This document shows positions 13,507 to 22,817 of a stretch of 32,019 nt of DNA, piece after piece; the stretch's first letter is position 1, and the number at the start of each line of letters is the position of its first letter. The position numbers and the translations under genes are program-made. The notes under the pieces are model-generated. The model was not told the origin of the DNA. It searched no databases and saw only the letters and a list, made by a program, of their open reading frames with translations. The stretch is taken from the IMG/VR virus record IMGVR_UViG_3300035670_000871. One strand, given 5' to 3'. Source of the stretch: a virus.

Positions 13507-14217
13507 GTGTTTAACATTAAAGTCGAATCTGACAAGTTCATCAAAGACTTGAAGAGCAAAGAGCAGGCAATCAAAGTCGAGACAGCAAAGGCACTGACCT
13601 TTACGGCTGAGGCTGTGCAGAAGCACCTGGTCGAAGAGATGAAGATCGTTTTTGATCGCCCAACTCCATTCACACTGCGAAGCCTTTATAAGATCTCTGC
13701 TCGACCAAACAACTTGCTTGCTCGTGTGTTCTTCAAAGACTTTGCAGGCAAAGGCACTCCGGCTGCGACCTACCTCATGCCACAGGTCTACGGTGGTCCA
13801 AGAAAAGCCAAGCGGTCTGAGCGAGCATTGCAAGCTGGCGGCCTAATCCTTGGATCTCAGTTCATCGTGCCTGGCAGAGATCAACCACTCAACAAATATG
13901 GCAACATCACGCAAGGCAAGATTACTTCCATTCTCTCTGGCCTGAAAGCATCTCCTGATCCTTATCAGAATGTGACGCAGCGCAGCAGAAAGAGACGGAC
14001 ATCCTCTTACTTTGTGATCCGAGAAGATGGGACACCGACTGTCATCATGGAGCGCAGAGGGGATGTTCTTAGGCGAGTGCTTGCGGTTACTAAACAGCCA
14101 ACGTACAAAAAACGCTTTCGCTTCTGGGAAATCTCCGAAGAGGTCTCACGCCAGGTCTTACCTCAGAAGCTGGAGTCGGCAATCCGGCGGCTAAATGCTC
14201 GCAATGCAATGGCATGA
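13507..14217 (+). CDS. Hypothetical protein (236 aa)
   Basis: GGAGGG RBS and GTG start. No family recognised with confidence. It is the first gene after the terminator and lies upstream of the methylase/terminase genes. Confidence 0.5.
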   Translation: MFNIKVESDKFIKDLKSKEQAIKVETAKALTFTAEAVQKHLVEEMKIVFDRPTPFTLRSLYKISARPNNLLARVFFKDFAGKGTPAATYLMPQVYGGPRKAKRSERALQAGGLILGSQFIVPGRDQPLNKYGNITQGKITSILSGLKASPDPYQNVTQRSRKRRTSSYFVIREDGTPTVIMERRGDVLRRVLAVTKQPTYKKRFRFWEISEEVSRQVLPQKLESAIRRLNARNAMA

Positions 14218-14238
14218 CTTTGTTGCGCGAAAACAACA

Positions 14239-15528
14239 ATGCAAATATTTTTTGGCTCCCTTCAGAGCAATTCGTTTGCGGGTAATTCGGACCCCGATAA
14301 AAAACTAGCGACAGATTCTATTCATGGTCTTTCATTACAGGAGCGAGCATTGAAGGTTGATCTCATCCCGATCGAGAAAGTAATCCCCTATGCAAAAAAT
14401 CCGAGGCGAAACGAGGCGGCAATTGCAAAAGTTGCAGGCAGCATTAAGGAGTTTGGTTTTCGTCAGCCTATTGTTGTCGACTCCGAAATGGTGGTTATCG
14501 CTGGCCACACAAGACTGGAGGCTGCGCGATCGCTTGGCATTGCGAATGTGCCAGTTCATATTGCCGAAGGTCTGAGCAAGTCACAAATCAAGGCTTATCG
14601 CATCGCAGACAATCGAGTTGCTCAAGAGGCTGAATGGGATTTAGACCTTTTGAAAATCGAGCTGTCGGAATTGCGCGACGAGGAGTTTGATTTAAGCGAG
14701 ACTGGATTTGATGAAGATGAGCTGAATGATTTGCTTGCTGAAGCTGTTGCAGAAGGCTTAACCGACGAGGATGCTGTTCCTGAGCCTCCACCGGAGCCTA
14801 TTACAAAGCTCGGAGACATCTGGATACTAGGCAAGCACCGATTGATGTGCGGCGATAGTACGAGCGTGGATGCGGTTGAGAGACTAATGGCTGGCGAACG
14901 ACCCAGAATGGTTTTCACCGACCCACCGTATGGCATCGCACACAGCGGAAAGGGAATTACAGCAAACGGTGTGGGCAACGACTTCGGGCAAATACTGGGC
15001 GACGAAGATGTTAGCGTCGCTATTGACACATTCCGCCTCTGCGTTGGTCAGTGGCCAGAGGCGCGAATGGTATTTTGGGGCGCAAACTACTACCCTAGCG
15101 CCTTGCCTGACGGCCACGGCTGGCTGGTGTGGGACAAGCAGCGCGAGGGCGACACATTTTCTGGCGCTGAGTTGGCGTTCATTAATGGTGGCGTGCGAGT
15201 TGATGTTTTTCGGCACATGTGGCATGGCATGGTCAAAGCAAGTGAGCATGGCCAAAAGCGCATACATCCCACCCAAAAGCCGATTGCGTTGGCTGAATGG
15301 TGCTTTGCTAAATACGGCGACTCAAGCACTGTTCTTGATTTGTTTGGCGGCAGCGGCAGCACTTTGATTGCCTGCGAAAAAACAGGTCGGTCTTGTCGAA
15401 TGATGGAACTAGACCCAAAATACTGCGATGTCATCGTCAAACGATGGGAAGAATTCACCGGCAAGAAAGCGAGATTAGAAAATGGCAGTGGCGACCTACG
15501 GACTGGAGACGATCTGCAAGCTGCTTGA
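14239..15528 (+). CDS. ParB-like nuclease domain fused to a DNA methyltransferase (N6-A/N4-C, beta class)
   Basis: N-terminal ParB/Srx-type block IPYAKNPRRNEAAIAKVAGSIKEFGFRQPIVV...IAGHTRLEAA. C-terminal MTase block with motif IV VFTDPPYGI preceding motif I LDLFGGSGSTLIACEKTGR. The start codon is uncertain. Confidence 0.85.
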   Translation: MQIFFGSLQSNSFAGNSDPDKKLATDSIHGLSLQERALKVDLIPIEKVIPYAKNPRRNEAAIAKVAGSIKEFGFRQPIVVDSEMVVIAGHTRLEAARSLGIANVPVHIAEGLSKSQIKAYRIADNRVAQEAEWDLDLLKIELSELRDEEFDLSETGFDEDELNDLLAEAVAEGLTDEDAVPEPPPEPITKLGDIWILGKHRLMCGDSTSVDAVERLMAGERPRMVFTDPPYGIAHSGKGITANGVGNDFGQILGDEDVSVAIDTFRLCVGQWPEARMVFWGANYYPSALPDGHGWLVWDKQREGDTFSGAELAFINGGVRVDVFRHMWHGMVKASEHGQKRIHPTQKPIALAEWCFAKYGDSSTVLDLFGGSGSTLIACEKTGRSCRMMELDPKYCDVIVKRWEEFTGKKARLENGSGDLRTGDDLQAA

Positions 15529-16081
15529 TCTGACTCCTCAGCGGGTCAATCAACTTGTTAGGTCTGGTGTTATTCCAAAACAAGAGCGCGGTCGATATGA
15601 GCTCGTGCCAGTTGTTAAGGCTTACATAAGATATTTGCGCGATCGTGCAGTCAATAACGATGTCGGTCCTGATTCTCTTAGTAACGAAAGAGCTCGGATG
15701 ACTAAAGCTCGCGCTGATATGTTTGAGATGGAGCGAGATCAGATGCGAGAAACCTTAATCCCATCTGCTGACATTGAGGCGGCTTGGGAAAAGGTTGTGA
15801 TGAATATGAGGGCAAAGCTAATAGCCATTCCTGGCAAGGCTGCTGCGAATGTCTATGCTGCGGAATCGCTTGCAGAAACCAAAGCAATACTGAAAGATGA
15901 GATCTATGAAGCCCTTGGAGAATTATCAAGAGTCGAGGTCCGAGTCGATAACCCTGTGCGGTCATCAGAATCTGAAGAAGATCACGGAGTCAGTGCTGAG
16001 GAAGTTAGCCCCACCACCGGAGATAACCGTAAGCGAGTGGGCAGACCAAGAAAGGAAGCTGAGCCCAGAGTCGTCGGCTGA
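15482..16081 (+). CDS. Terminase small subunit (Nu1-like HTH)
   Basis: The N-terminal HTH ICKLLDLTPQRVNQLVRSGVIPKQERGRYELVPVVKAYIRYLRD resembles Nu1-type small terminases. Lies immediately upstream of the GpA-like large subunit. Confidence 0.65.
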   Translation: MAVATYGLETICKLLDLTPQRVNQLVRSGVIPKQERGRYELVPVVKAYIRYLRDRAVNNDVGPDSLSNERARMTKARADMFEMERDQMRETLIPSADIEAAWEKVVMNMRAKLIAIPGKAAANVYAAESLAETKAILKDEIYEALGELSRVEVRVDNPVRSSESEEDHGVSAEEVSPTTGDNRKRVGRPRKEAEPRVVG

Positions 16082-17765
16082 GCCTGGCCAATGGAGGACT
16101 GATCGGGCTGAATATCAGCGAGGGATCATGGATTCTTTCGCAGATCCGACAATCCGTGAGGTTGTTGTCATGTCATCGGCGCAAGTTGGCAAGACTGAGA
16201 TTCTTAACAATCTTTGTGGGTATCACATCGAGCATGATCCAAGCCCGATGCTAGTCGTGCAGCCAACGCTCGACATGGCGCAGACCTGGAGCAAGGACAG
16301 GCTCGCTCCAATGCTTAGAGATACCCCATCACTTGCTGGCCTGGTAAAAGATCCGAGGTCTAGGGATTCTGGCAATACGACACTGCACAAACAATTCCCT
16401 GGTGGTCATTTGACTGCCTGCGGTGCAAATTCACCATCATCGCTTGCAAGTCGTCCTGTCAGAGTCGTGCTTTGTGATGAGGTCGATCGCTATCCAACCA
16501 GCGCGGGAAGCGAGGGTGATCCTGTCTTACTAGCCAAGAAAAGAGCGTCGACCTTTTGGAATCGAGTGATCGGATTGTTTTCGACACCAACGAATAAGGG
16601 CGCATCGCGTATTGAATCTGCTTTTGATGAATCGGATCAGCGGCGTTATTTTGTGCCTTGTCCACATTGTGAACACAAGCAATGGCTCAGATGGTCGCAA
16701 GTGAAATGGACTGAGCCTGATGATGTTCGTTATTACTGCGAATCATGCGGAGTTGGCTGGGATGATGCCGAGCGATTTCGAGCGATTAAGAACGGCAAAT
16801 GGCAAGCTACGCAAGAATTTACTGGAGTCGCTGGCTTTCATCTTTCAGGGCTTTATTCTCCTTGGCTTATGCTGCGCGATTGCGTGAATGATTTCCTTGA
16901 GGCTAAAAAATCACCTGAGACGCTACGAGTCTTTGTTAATACCTTTCTAGGCGAAACCTGGGAAGATGCAGGAGATCAGGTCGACGACTACGAGCTTGCA
17001 AGCAGAAAAGAAAACTGGGGCGATGCGCTGCCGAAAGAGGTGCTGCTGCTAACTGCTGGCGTGGATGTCCAAGATGACAGGCTTGAAATCGAGGTCGTTG
17101 GTTGGGGCAAAGATGAAGAATCCTGGTCTGTGGATTATCGCCAGATTTACGGTGATCCTTCTTCGCCTGGCGTGTGGAATGACCTCGATCAGCTGCTGCA
17201 AGGACGATATGACCACGAGCATGGCGAGATGACGATCAGGGCTGCTTGTATAGACTCAGGGGGGCATCACACTGCAAGCGTTTACAAGTTTGCCAAGACG
17301 AGAGAAGGCCGCAGGATCTATGCAATCAAGGGTGTCGGTGGAGAAGGCAAGCCCATTGTCGGGAAACCATCGACCAACAACGGGCAGCGGGTCAAGCTCT
17401 TCCCTGTTGGCGTGGATACGGTCAAGCGCACACTGATGTCACGATTTAGGATTCAAGAACCAGGTGCTGGCTATTGTCATTTCCCAGAAGGCAGGGCAGA
17501 TGAATATTTCCGGCAGCTGACAGCAGAAAAGCTCGTGACCAGGTATCACAAAGGCTTTCCGAGGTTGGAGTTTGTGAAGGTTCGCACCAGAAACGAGGCA
17601 CTGGATGCTCGTGTTTATGCGATGGCTGCGCTGTCCATTCTGAATGCAAACCTGACTACAATGCACAATTCGATGATGCAAAGACAATCTATTCCTGTCG
17701 AGCAAAAGGCAAAACCACCTGTCTTTGCAAAAAAACCTTCGTCCTTTGTCAATAGTTGGCGTTAA
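15897..17765 (+). CDS. Terminase large subunit, lambda GpA family
   Basis: PPPEITVSEWADQERKLSPESSAEPGQWRTDRAEYQRGIMD, Walker A-like SSAQVGKTE, VVLCDEVD and the zinc-ribbon CPHCEHKQ...CESCG are GpA hallmarks. The start is uncertain: ATG 15897 overlaps terS by 185 nt, and GTG 15993 is an alternative. Confidence 0.85.
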   Translation: MRSMKPLENYQESRSESITLCGHQNLKKITESVLRKLAPPPEITVSEWADQERKLSPESSAEPGQWRTDRAEYQRGIMDSFADPTIREVVVMSSAQVGKTEILNNLCGYHIEHDPSPMLVVQPTLDMAQTWSKDRLAPMLRDTPSLAGLVKDPRSRDSGNTTLHKQFPGGHLTACGANSPSSLASRPVRVVLCDEVDRYPTSAGSEGDPVLLAKKRASTFWNRVIGLFSTPTNKGASRIESAFDESDQRRYFVPCPHCEHKQWLRWSQVKWTEPDDVRYYCESCGVGWDDAERFRAIKNGKWQATQEFTGVAGFHLSGLYSPWLMLRDCVNDFLEAKKSPETLRVFVNTFLGETWEDAGDQVDDYELASRKENWGDALPKEVLLLTAGVDVQDDRLEIEVVGWGKDEESWSVDYRQIYGDPSSPGVWNDLDQLLQGRYDHEHGEMTIRAACIDSGGHHTASVYKFAKTREGRRIYAIKGVGGEGKPIVGKPSTNNGQRVKLFPVGVDTVKRTLMSRFRIQEPGAGYCHFPEGRADEYFRQLTAEKLVTRYHKGFPRLEFVKVRTRNEALDARVYAMAALSILNANLTTMHNSMMQRQSIPVEQKAKPPVFAKKPSSFVNSWR

Positions 17766-17788
17766 AATCGGGGCAATTTGGGGGCAGC

Positions 17789-18382
17789 ATGGCAAATTTG
17801 TTCAGTGCGGCGAACGCTCCGACGATTGAGCCCGACAAGATTGTCGTCGGTGATTTCTTGCAATGGAAGCGAATCGACCTGGGTGTTGACTATCCGAACA
17901 CGCTACACACAGCAACTTATGTGGCTCGGATTACAGGCGGCGGCGCAAATGAGATACAGCTTGCAGGCACGAATAGTGGCAGCGATTATCTGTTTACGGT
18001 CAGCTCTGCAACCTCTGCAAACTTTTCGCCAGGCTACTATCACTGGCAACTTGAGATTGTTGAGACATCTTCTGGCAACCGCATTGTTGTCGATCGCGGT
18101 GCATTTGAGGCGATTGTCGATCTCGATGTCAATAACTCAGATCCTCGCACTCATGCAGAAATCATGCTCGACAAGATCGAGACGCTTTTGCAAGGAAAGG
18201 CAGATGCTGATGTTGCGAATTACTCGATTGCAGGCAGAAGTCTGACAAAACTCTCACCTCGTGAGCTGCTGGATTGGCGCAACTATTACAAGGCTGAGGT
18301 ACAGAAAGAATTAAACCTAGAGCGCATTCGTCGCGGTCAATCTACTGGCATGACGATCAAAGTGAGGTTTCCTGGGAAATGA
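17789..18382 (+). CDS. gpW-like head-tail joining protein with an N-terminal extension of about 120 aa
   Basis: ATG 17789 (MANLFSAANAP...). The C-terminal part LDKIETLLQGKADADVANYSIAGRSLTKLSPRELLDWRNYYKAEV resembles lambda gpW (aL..L..G..v......Gr...f.....L..y). It sits in lambda order between terL and portal. Confidence 0.45.
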   Translation: MANLFSAANAPTIEPDKIVVGDFLQWKRIDLGVDYPNTLHTATYVARITGGGANEIQLAGTNSGSDYLFTVSSATSANFSPGYYHWQLEIVETSSGNRIVVDRGAFEAIVDLDVNNSDPRTHAEIMLDKIETLLQGKADADVANYSIAGRSLTKLSPRELLDWRNYYKAEVQKELNLERIRRGQSTGMTIKVRFPGK

Positions 18383-19857
18383 AGCTCTTTGATTTTTTCC
18401 GTAGAAAGACCGAGCAGAAGATTGCAAAGCCTCTGTTGCGAAATTACAACGGTGCGGCGGGCGGTCGTTTGCTTTCTGATTTTGTCATCAACAACCAGAC
18501 TGCTGATTCTGCGCTGCAATACAGCCTGCCAACCTTACGCAATCGCTCGCGGGATCTTGAGCGCAACAACGAATATGCTCGAAAGTATCTGACGCTATTG
18601 CAGACTAATGTGGTTGGTGATGCAGGCTTTAATTTGCAAGTAAAAGCGCGAACCACCAACGGCAGCCTGGACGGTCCTGGCAACACCATGATTGAAAATG
18701 CCTGGACTCGTTGGAGTCGTGTTGGCAATTGCACTGTCGACAAGAAACTGTCCTTTCTCGATTGCCAGCGACTTGCGGTGCGAATGCTTGCTCGTGATGG
18801 TGAGTGCTTTGTGCAGCTGCTCAACGGTCCAAGATACCAGGACGGTTTTGCAATCAAGTTGATGGAAGCTGATTGGATCGACGATCAAAAGAATGAGATT
18901 CTCAGCAATGGCAATCAGATTCGGATGGGCATCGAGATTGATGAGATGCAGTCGGTGGTTGCTTACTGGGTGCTGACGCAGCATCCTGGTGATACGTCTT
19001 TCAGGACCAATGTGGCTCGAAAGCATATTCGAGTGCCTGCTGACAGGATCTTGCATCTTTATATGCCCAATCGCTTAGGAGTTCGTGGCGAACCTTGGAT
19101 GGCTCCAGTGATTGACTCGCTGAAGATGCTCAGAGGTTACAGAGAAGCTGAGCTCGTGGCTGCGAGGGTTGCTGCAAGCAAAATGGGAGTGATTACGACC
19201 CCGACAGGCACTGAATACACAGGCGATGGCACAGAAAACAGCCACACGCCAATCATGAATGCTGATCCTGGGACATTCCACCAGTTGCCTGCTGGCTGGG
19301 ACATCAAGATGTTCGACCCAACGCACCCGACAAGTGCTTTCGGTGATTTTGAGAAAGCAGTGCTGCGAGGCATTGCTAGCGGTCTGAATGTGGCTTATAC
19401 GAGCCTGTCAAATGATCTGGAGGCGACAAGCTACTCAAGCATCAGAGCTGGGACGCTTGAAGATCGAGACAATTATCGAGTGCTGCAATCATTCATCATC
19501 GAGCACTTTGTCGATCCGATCTATCGTCAGTGGCTTGCCTCTGCGATGCTTAACAATTCATTCCCATTGCCTCCAACCAGGTTCGACAAGTTTGCAGATG
19601 CAACGGTCTGGCGAGGTCGCGGCTGGAATTGGGTTGATCCGTTAAAAGAGATCAACGCTGCGGTGGTTGGTCTCAACAATGGCATTTTGTCTATGCAAGA
19701 CGTGGCAGCTCAATACGGCAGAGACGTAGAAGAAACCTTCTCGGCTATTCAGCGCGACAAGGAGCTTGCAGCACAATACGGGCTGAGCATGAGTTTTGAG
19801 CCCTTTGGTGAGAAGATGCCTGCTCCTGCAATGGTTGACGAAAATGCCGATTCCTAA
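18379..19857 (+). CDS. Portal protein, lambda gpB family
   Basis: 492 aa, follows terL and the W-like gene. Blocks such as RNRSRDLERNNEYARKY, ECFVQL and GEPWMAPV are typical of the Phage_portal_2 (lambda) family, as far as I recall. Confidence 0.8.
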   Translation: MKLFDFFRRKTEQKIAKPLLRNYNGAAGGRLLSDFVINNQTADSALQYSLPTLRNRSRDLERNNEYARKYLTLLQTNVVGDAGFNLQVKARTTNGSLDGPGNTMIENAWTRWSRVGNCTVDKKLSFLDCQRLAVRMLARDGECFVQLLNGPRYQDGFAIKLMEADWIDDQKNEILSNGNQIRMGIEIDEMQSVVAYWVLTQHPGDTSFRTNVARKHIRVPADRILHLYMPNRLGVRGEPWMAPVIDSLKMLRGYREAELVAARVAASKMGVITTPTGTEYTGDGTENSHTPIMNADPGTFHQLPAGWDIKMFDPTHPTSAFGDFEKAVLRGIASGLNVAYTSLSNDLEATSYSSIRAGTLEDRDNYRVLQSFIIEHFVDPIYRQWLASAMLNNSFPLPPTRFDKFADATVWRGRGWNWVDPLKEINAAVVGLNNGILSMQDVAAQYGRDVEETFSAIQRDKELAAQYGLSMSFEPFGEKMPAPAMVDENADS

Positions 19858-22303
19858 TGAAAGCATGGTTGAAGAGGCGCAGCGCGGACTGGCCTGGCGG
19901 CGAGAATTCGGACGTGGTGGGACTGCTGTTGGGATTGCTCGCGCTCGCGACATTTCTAATGGTGTTGATCTTCCGATGGCTACTATCCGACGAATGAAGG
20001 CTTATTTTGACCGGCACGAGGTCGACAAAGAGGCTCAAGGATTTAGACCAGGCGAAAATGGATACCCCAGCAATGGGAGAATCGCTTGGGCTCTGTGGGG
20101 CGGCGATCCTGGGCAGACCTGGGCAAATCGTCTTGTCGCGCAAGACAATGAAGAGGAAAGAAGCATGATTGAGGAAAGACCTTATCCAAACGAACATGCA
20201 GCCAGGCTGACTGATCCGGCGCAATACGATGGCTTTGCTCGTGTGAATGACCAGTTCGGACCAGGCATTGATGCGATCTTTGGGATCAAGGACGGTGAGA
20301 GCGAATTGCAAGCAATCAGGTTTGATGCAGATCGTTTCACTGCTGATGAGGCAAGAGAATGGCTTGCAGAGCATGACTATGACCCGATAGAATTCGAGGA
20401 GGCGACAGGAGAGGACGCAAGCGGCGATACTTCTGACGACAATGACGAGGATGAAATGGCTGCTGAAGAGCGCAAAAGCATTGCGAAGCTGAATACCAGG
20501 GCGATGACCTGGGAAGCATCTATCGACCAAAAAGCTCGCACTGCGCTGATCGCTGTCTCCTCTGAGGCTCCTGTCGAGCGATATTTTGGGACTGAGATTC
20601 TCAATCACGAGGCTCGGTCTATTGATCTGACATTTATGAATTCTGGTCGGGCTCCTCTTTTGCTCGATCATGACGCGACCAAGCAGATTGGGGTCGTGGA
20701 GTCTGTGACACTTGATGAGTCAACCCGTCGACTACGGGCAAAGGTTCGCTTCGGAAGAGGTGAGCTGGCAAGTGAGGTGTTTCAGGATGTTTCTGACGGT
20801 ATCCGCAGCAACATTTCTGTCGGTTACGAGATCCGAAAAATGGATGAGGTAACCAAAGGTGAATTCCGAGTCATGGACTGGTCACCTCTTGAAATTTCAA
20901 TCGTGAGCATTCCTGCTGACCAGACAGTCGGCGTGGGTCGGTCGAAAGAAATGGATTCTTCTCAACCTGTCATTTTCCAAAAGGAAGAAATCATGTCTGA
21001 TGTAAATCTCGATCAGATTCGTTCCGAAGCAGCAGCAAAAGCTCGTCAGGACGCATCTGCAATTCTCGCTCTTGCAGCTCGCCACAATCGCAGCGATCTC
21101 GGTCGCAAAGCTATTGAGGAAGGCACAAGCATTGAGGCTTTCCGTGGTCAGTTGCTGGATGCAATCGGCAATGACAAACCTCTCGACACTCGTGCGACTG
21201 ACATTGGTGCATCGCGTCATGAGCAAAAGGAATACTCCTTAGCTCGTGCTCTTCGCGCTATGACCACCAATGATTGGAGGCAAGCAGGTTTCGAGCGTGA
21301 AGTCAGCGACACCATTGCTCGCAGTATTGGTCGTGACGCAAAGGGCATCTTTGTTCCTGATTTCGTATGGGGCAAGCGTTCTGGTCCTATGTCGACTGCT
21401 GCAACAGGTGGCTCTGCTTCTGAGAATGTCTCTGACAAGCTCGTGCCAACGATTCAGGCTGGTGACATGTTCATCGAGGCTCTTCGCAATCGCATGGTGA
21501 TGGCTGATCTCGGTGTCACGTTCATGAATGGTCTTGTAGGCAAGATCCAGATCCCCAAGTTCTCTGCTGGTGCTAATGCAGCATTTGTGGAAGAGCTCGC
21601 AGCGGTGTCTGACCAGTCTCCGACCGATGCAGCTGTGACGTTGCAGCCTCGTACGCTTGGTGCTTATGTAGACATTTCGCGTCTGCTTATGATGACCTCG
21701 GTTCCTGCTGTCGATCAGATCGTTCGCAACGACCTGCTTGCAAGCATGGCAGAGCGCATTGAGTATTACGCAATCAACGGCTCTGGCTCTAGCGGTCAGC
21801 CCACTGGCTTGCTGAATCTGTCGGGTATCAACGATATTGACATCTCTGCTGGCACTGATGTTGATTCGCTGACCTGGGCTGACATCGTTGCGCTCGTGAA
21901 GGCTGTGGAAGAGGACAACGGCGTGGTGAATCCTGCTGCTCTTGGCTGGCTGACCCATCCTGCTGTTAAGGCAAAGCTCGCATCGACTGCAAAAGTGTCA
22001 AGCACTGATTCGGTCATGATCTTGGCTGAGCCCTGGAATTCGTTGTATGGCTACAAGTTTGCAGCCACAGCAGCAGTTCCAACCAACCTCGATCCAGGCG
22101 ATGCAGGCAATGACGCTTCGGCACTCATCTTCGGTGACTTCTCACAGTTGATGGTTGGAACCTGGGGCGCACCTGAGATCCTCGTCGATCCTTATACTGG
22201 CGGCACTGCTGGTACGGTTCGTATCATCGTGATGCAGGAAGTTGATGTTGCAGCTCGCAACGCAGTCAGCTTCGCGCTAACGAACGAAGTCTCGGTTGCC
22301 TGA
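19844..22303 (+). CDS. Fusion protein: N-terminal domain of unknown function + HK97-type prohead protease + HK97-fold major capsid protein
   Basis: A single open frame. The protease block covers about 20504-20950 (...LLLDHDATKQIGVV...VRFGRGELASEVFQDV...ISVGYEI...EISIVSIPADQ). Then an in-frame ATG at 20993 is preceded by AAGGAAG and followed by a delta-domain-like helix and a capsid fold (...YVDISRLL...GDFSQLMVGTWG...). Confidence 0.75.
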   Translation: MPIPNESMVEEAQRGLAWRREFGRGGTAVGIARARDISNGVDLPMATIRRMKAYFDRHEVDKEAQGFRPGENGYPSNGRIAWALWGGDPGQTWANRLVAQDNEEERSMIEERPYPNEHAARLTDPAQYDGFARVNDQFGPGIDAIFGIKDGESELQAIRFDADRFTADEAREWLAEHDYDPIEFEEATGEDASGDTSDDNDEDEMAAEERKSIAKLNTRAMTWEASIDQKARTALIAVSSEAPVERYFGTEILNHEARSIDLTFMNSGRAPLLLDHDATKQIGVVESVTLDESTRRLRAKVRFGRGELASEVFQDVSDGIRSNISVGYEIRKMDEVTKGEFRVMDWSPLEISIVSIPADQTVGVGRSKEMDSSQPVIFQKEEIMSDVNLDQIRSEAAAKARQDASAILALAARHNRSDLGRKAIEEGTSIEAFRGQLLDAIGNDKPLDTRATDIGASRHEQKEYSLARALRAMTTNDWRQAGFEREVSDTIARSIGRDAKGIFVPDFVWGKRSGPMSTAATGGSASENVSDKLVPTIQAGDMFIEALRNRMVMADLGVTFMNGLVGKIQIPKFSAGANAAFVEELAAVSDQSPTDAAVTLQPRTLGAYVDISRLLMMTSVPAVDQIVRNDLLASMAERIEYYAINGSGSSGQPTGLLNLSGINDIDISAGTDVDSLTWADIVALVKAVEEDNGVVNPAALGWLTHPAVKAKLASTAKVSSTDSVMILAEPWNSLYGYKFAATAAVPTNLDPGDAGNDASALIFGDFSQLMVGTWGAPEILVDPYTGGTAGTVRIIVMQEVDVAARNAVSFALTNEVSVA

Positions 22304-22306
22304 TAA

Positions 22307-22528
22307 ATGGACATTCGGATCTTGCAGACCTGTTTTGTAGTGGGAGGCAAGCACCGAGCTGGTGACATCATCTCAGTCGTTCCAACGATTGCAGAGCAGC
22401 TCATCAAGCGAGGGTTTGCGGTTCCATTGCATAACGACAGGTCTGTGGGTCTGGAAGTCAGCCAGGTAGATGCGGAAGTTTCAAAGCGCAAAGGCAGGAG
22501 GGTAGATCGTGGCAGTCGAATCGGCTGA
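22307..22528 (+). CDS. Hypothetical head-associated protein (73 aa)
   Basis: Lies between the capsid and adaptor genes. No family recognised. Confidence 0.4.
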   Translation: MDIRILQTCFVVGGKHRAGDIISVVPTIAEQLIKRGFAVPLHNDRSVGLEVSQVDAEVSKRKGRRVDRGSRIG

Positions 22529-22817
22529 TGATCGTGCGATCTTCCTGGCAGTCAATGACTTTGGGATTTCCGCGACTTTTACACACAGTGCAACGACGAC
22601 GACAATTTCAGGCATCTTTGACAACGATTTCATCGAGGTCGATGCAGGAGGTGGGGTCGGTTTTGCACTACAGCAGCCAAAGTTCATCGCAAGGACAGCA
22701 GACGTTTCCACAGCGGTCGAAGATGACACGTTGGTGATTTCTTCAGTGACTTACAAGATCAAGGTTCGGCAGGATGATGGCACAGGCATGACGGTGTTGA
22801 TCCTGGAGAAACAATAA
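22509..22817 (+). CDS. Head-tail adaptor/joining protein
   Basis: AGGAGG RBS and GTG start. The pattern F...DFG..a.........GIFD......v........P.f......v.....L.i....Y.i.....DGTG...L.L is typical of small phage head-tail joining proteins. Confidence 0.5.
   Translation: MAVESADDRAIFLAVNDFGISATFTHSATTTTISGIFDNDFIEVDAGGGVGFALQQPKFIARTADVSTAVEDDTLVISSVTYKIKVRQDDGTGMTVLILEKQ

Noticed and set aside
14335-15464. Several 67-135-aa antisense or alternate-frame ORFs inside the ParB-methyltransferase gene (for example 14622-15029, 14884-15276, 14930-15367, 15090-15464).
   Set aside because: The plus-strand frame carries unambiguous ParB and methyltransferase motifs along its whole length. The others have no motifs or coupling signals.
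19745-20671. A 308-aa antisense ORF lies within the portal/protease-capsid region, and a 239-aa antisense ORF at 21239-21958.
   Set aside because: Both lie fully inside well-supported plus-strand structural genes. They have low-complexity, Ser/Arg/Cys-rich composition, no RBS context and no recognisable motifs. They are typical shadow ORFs.
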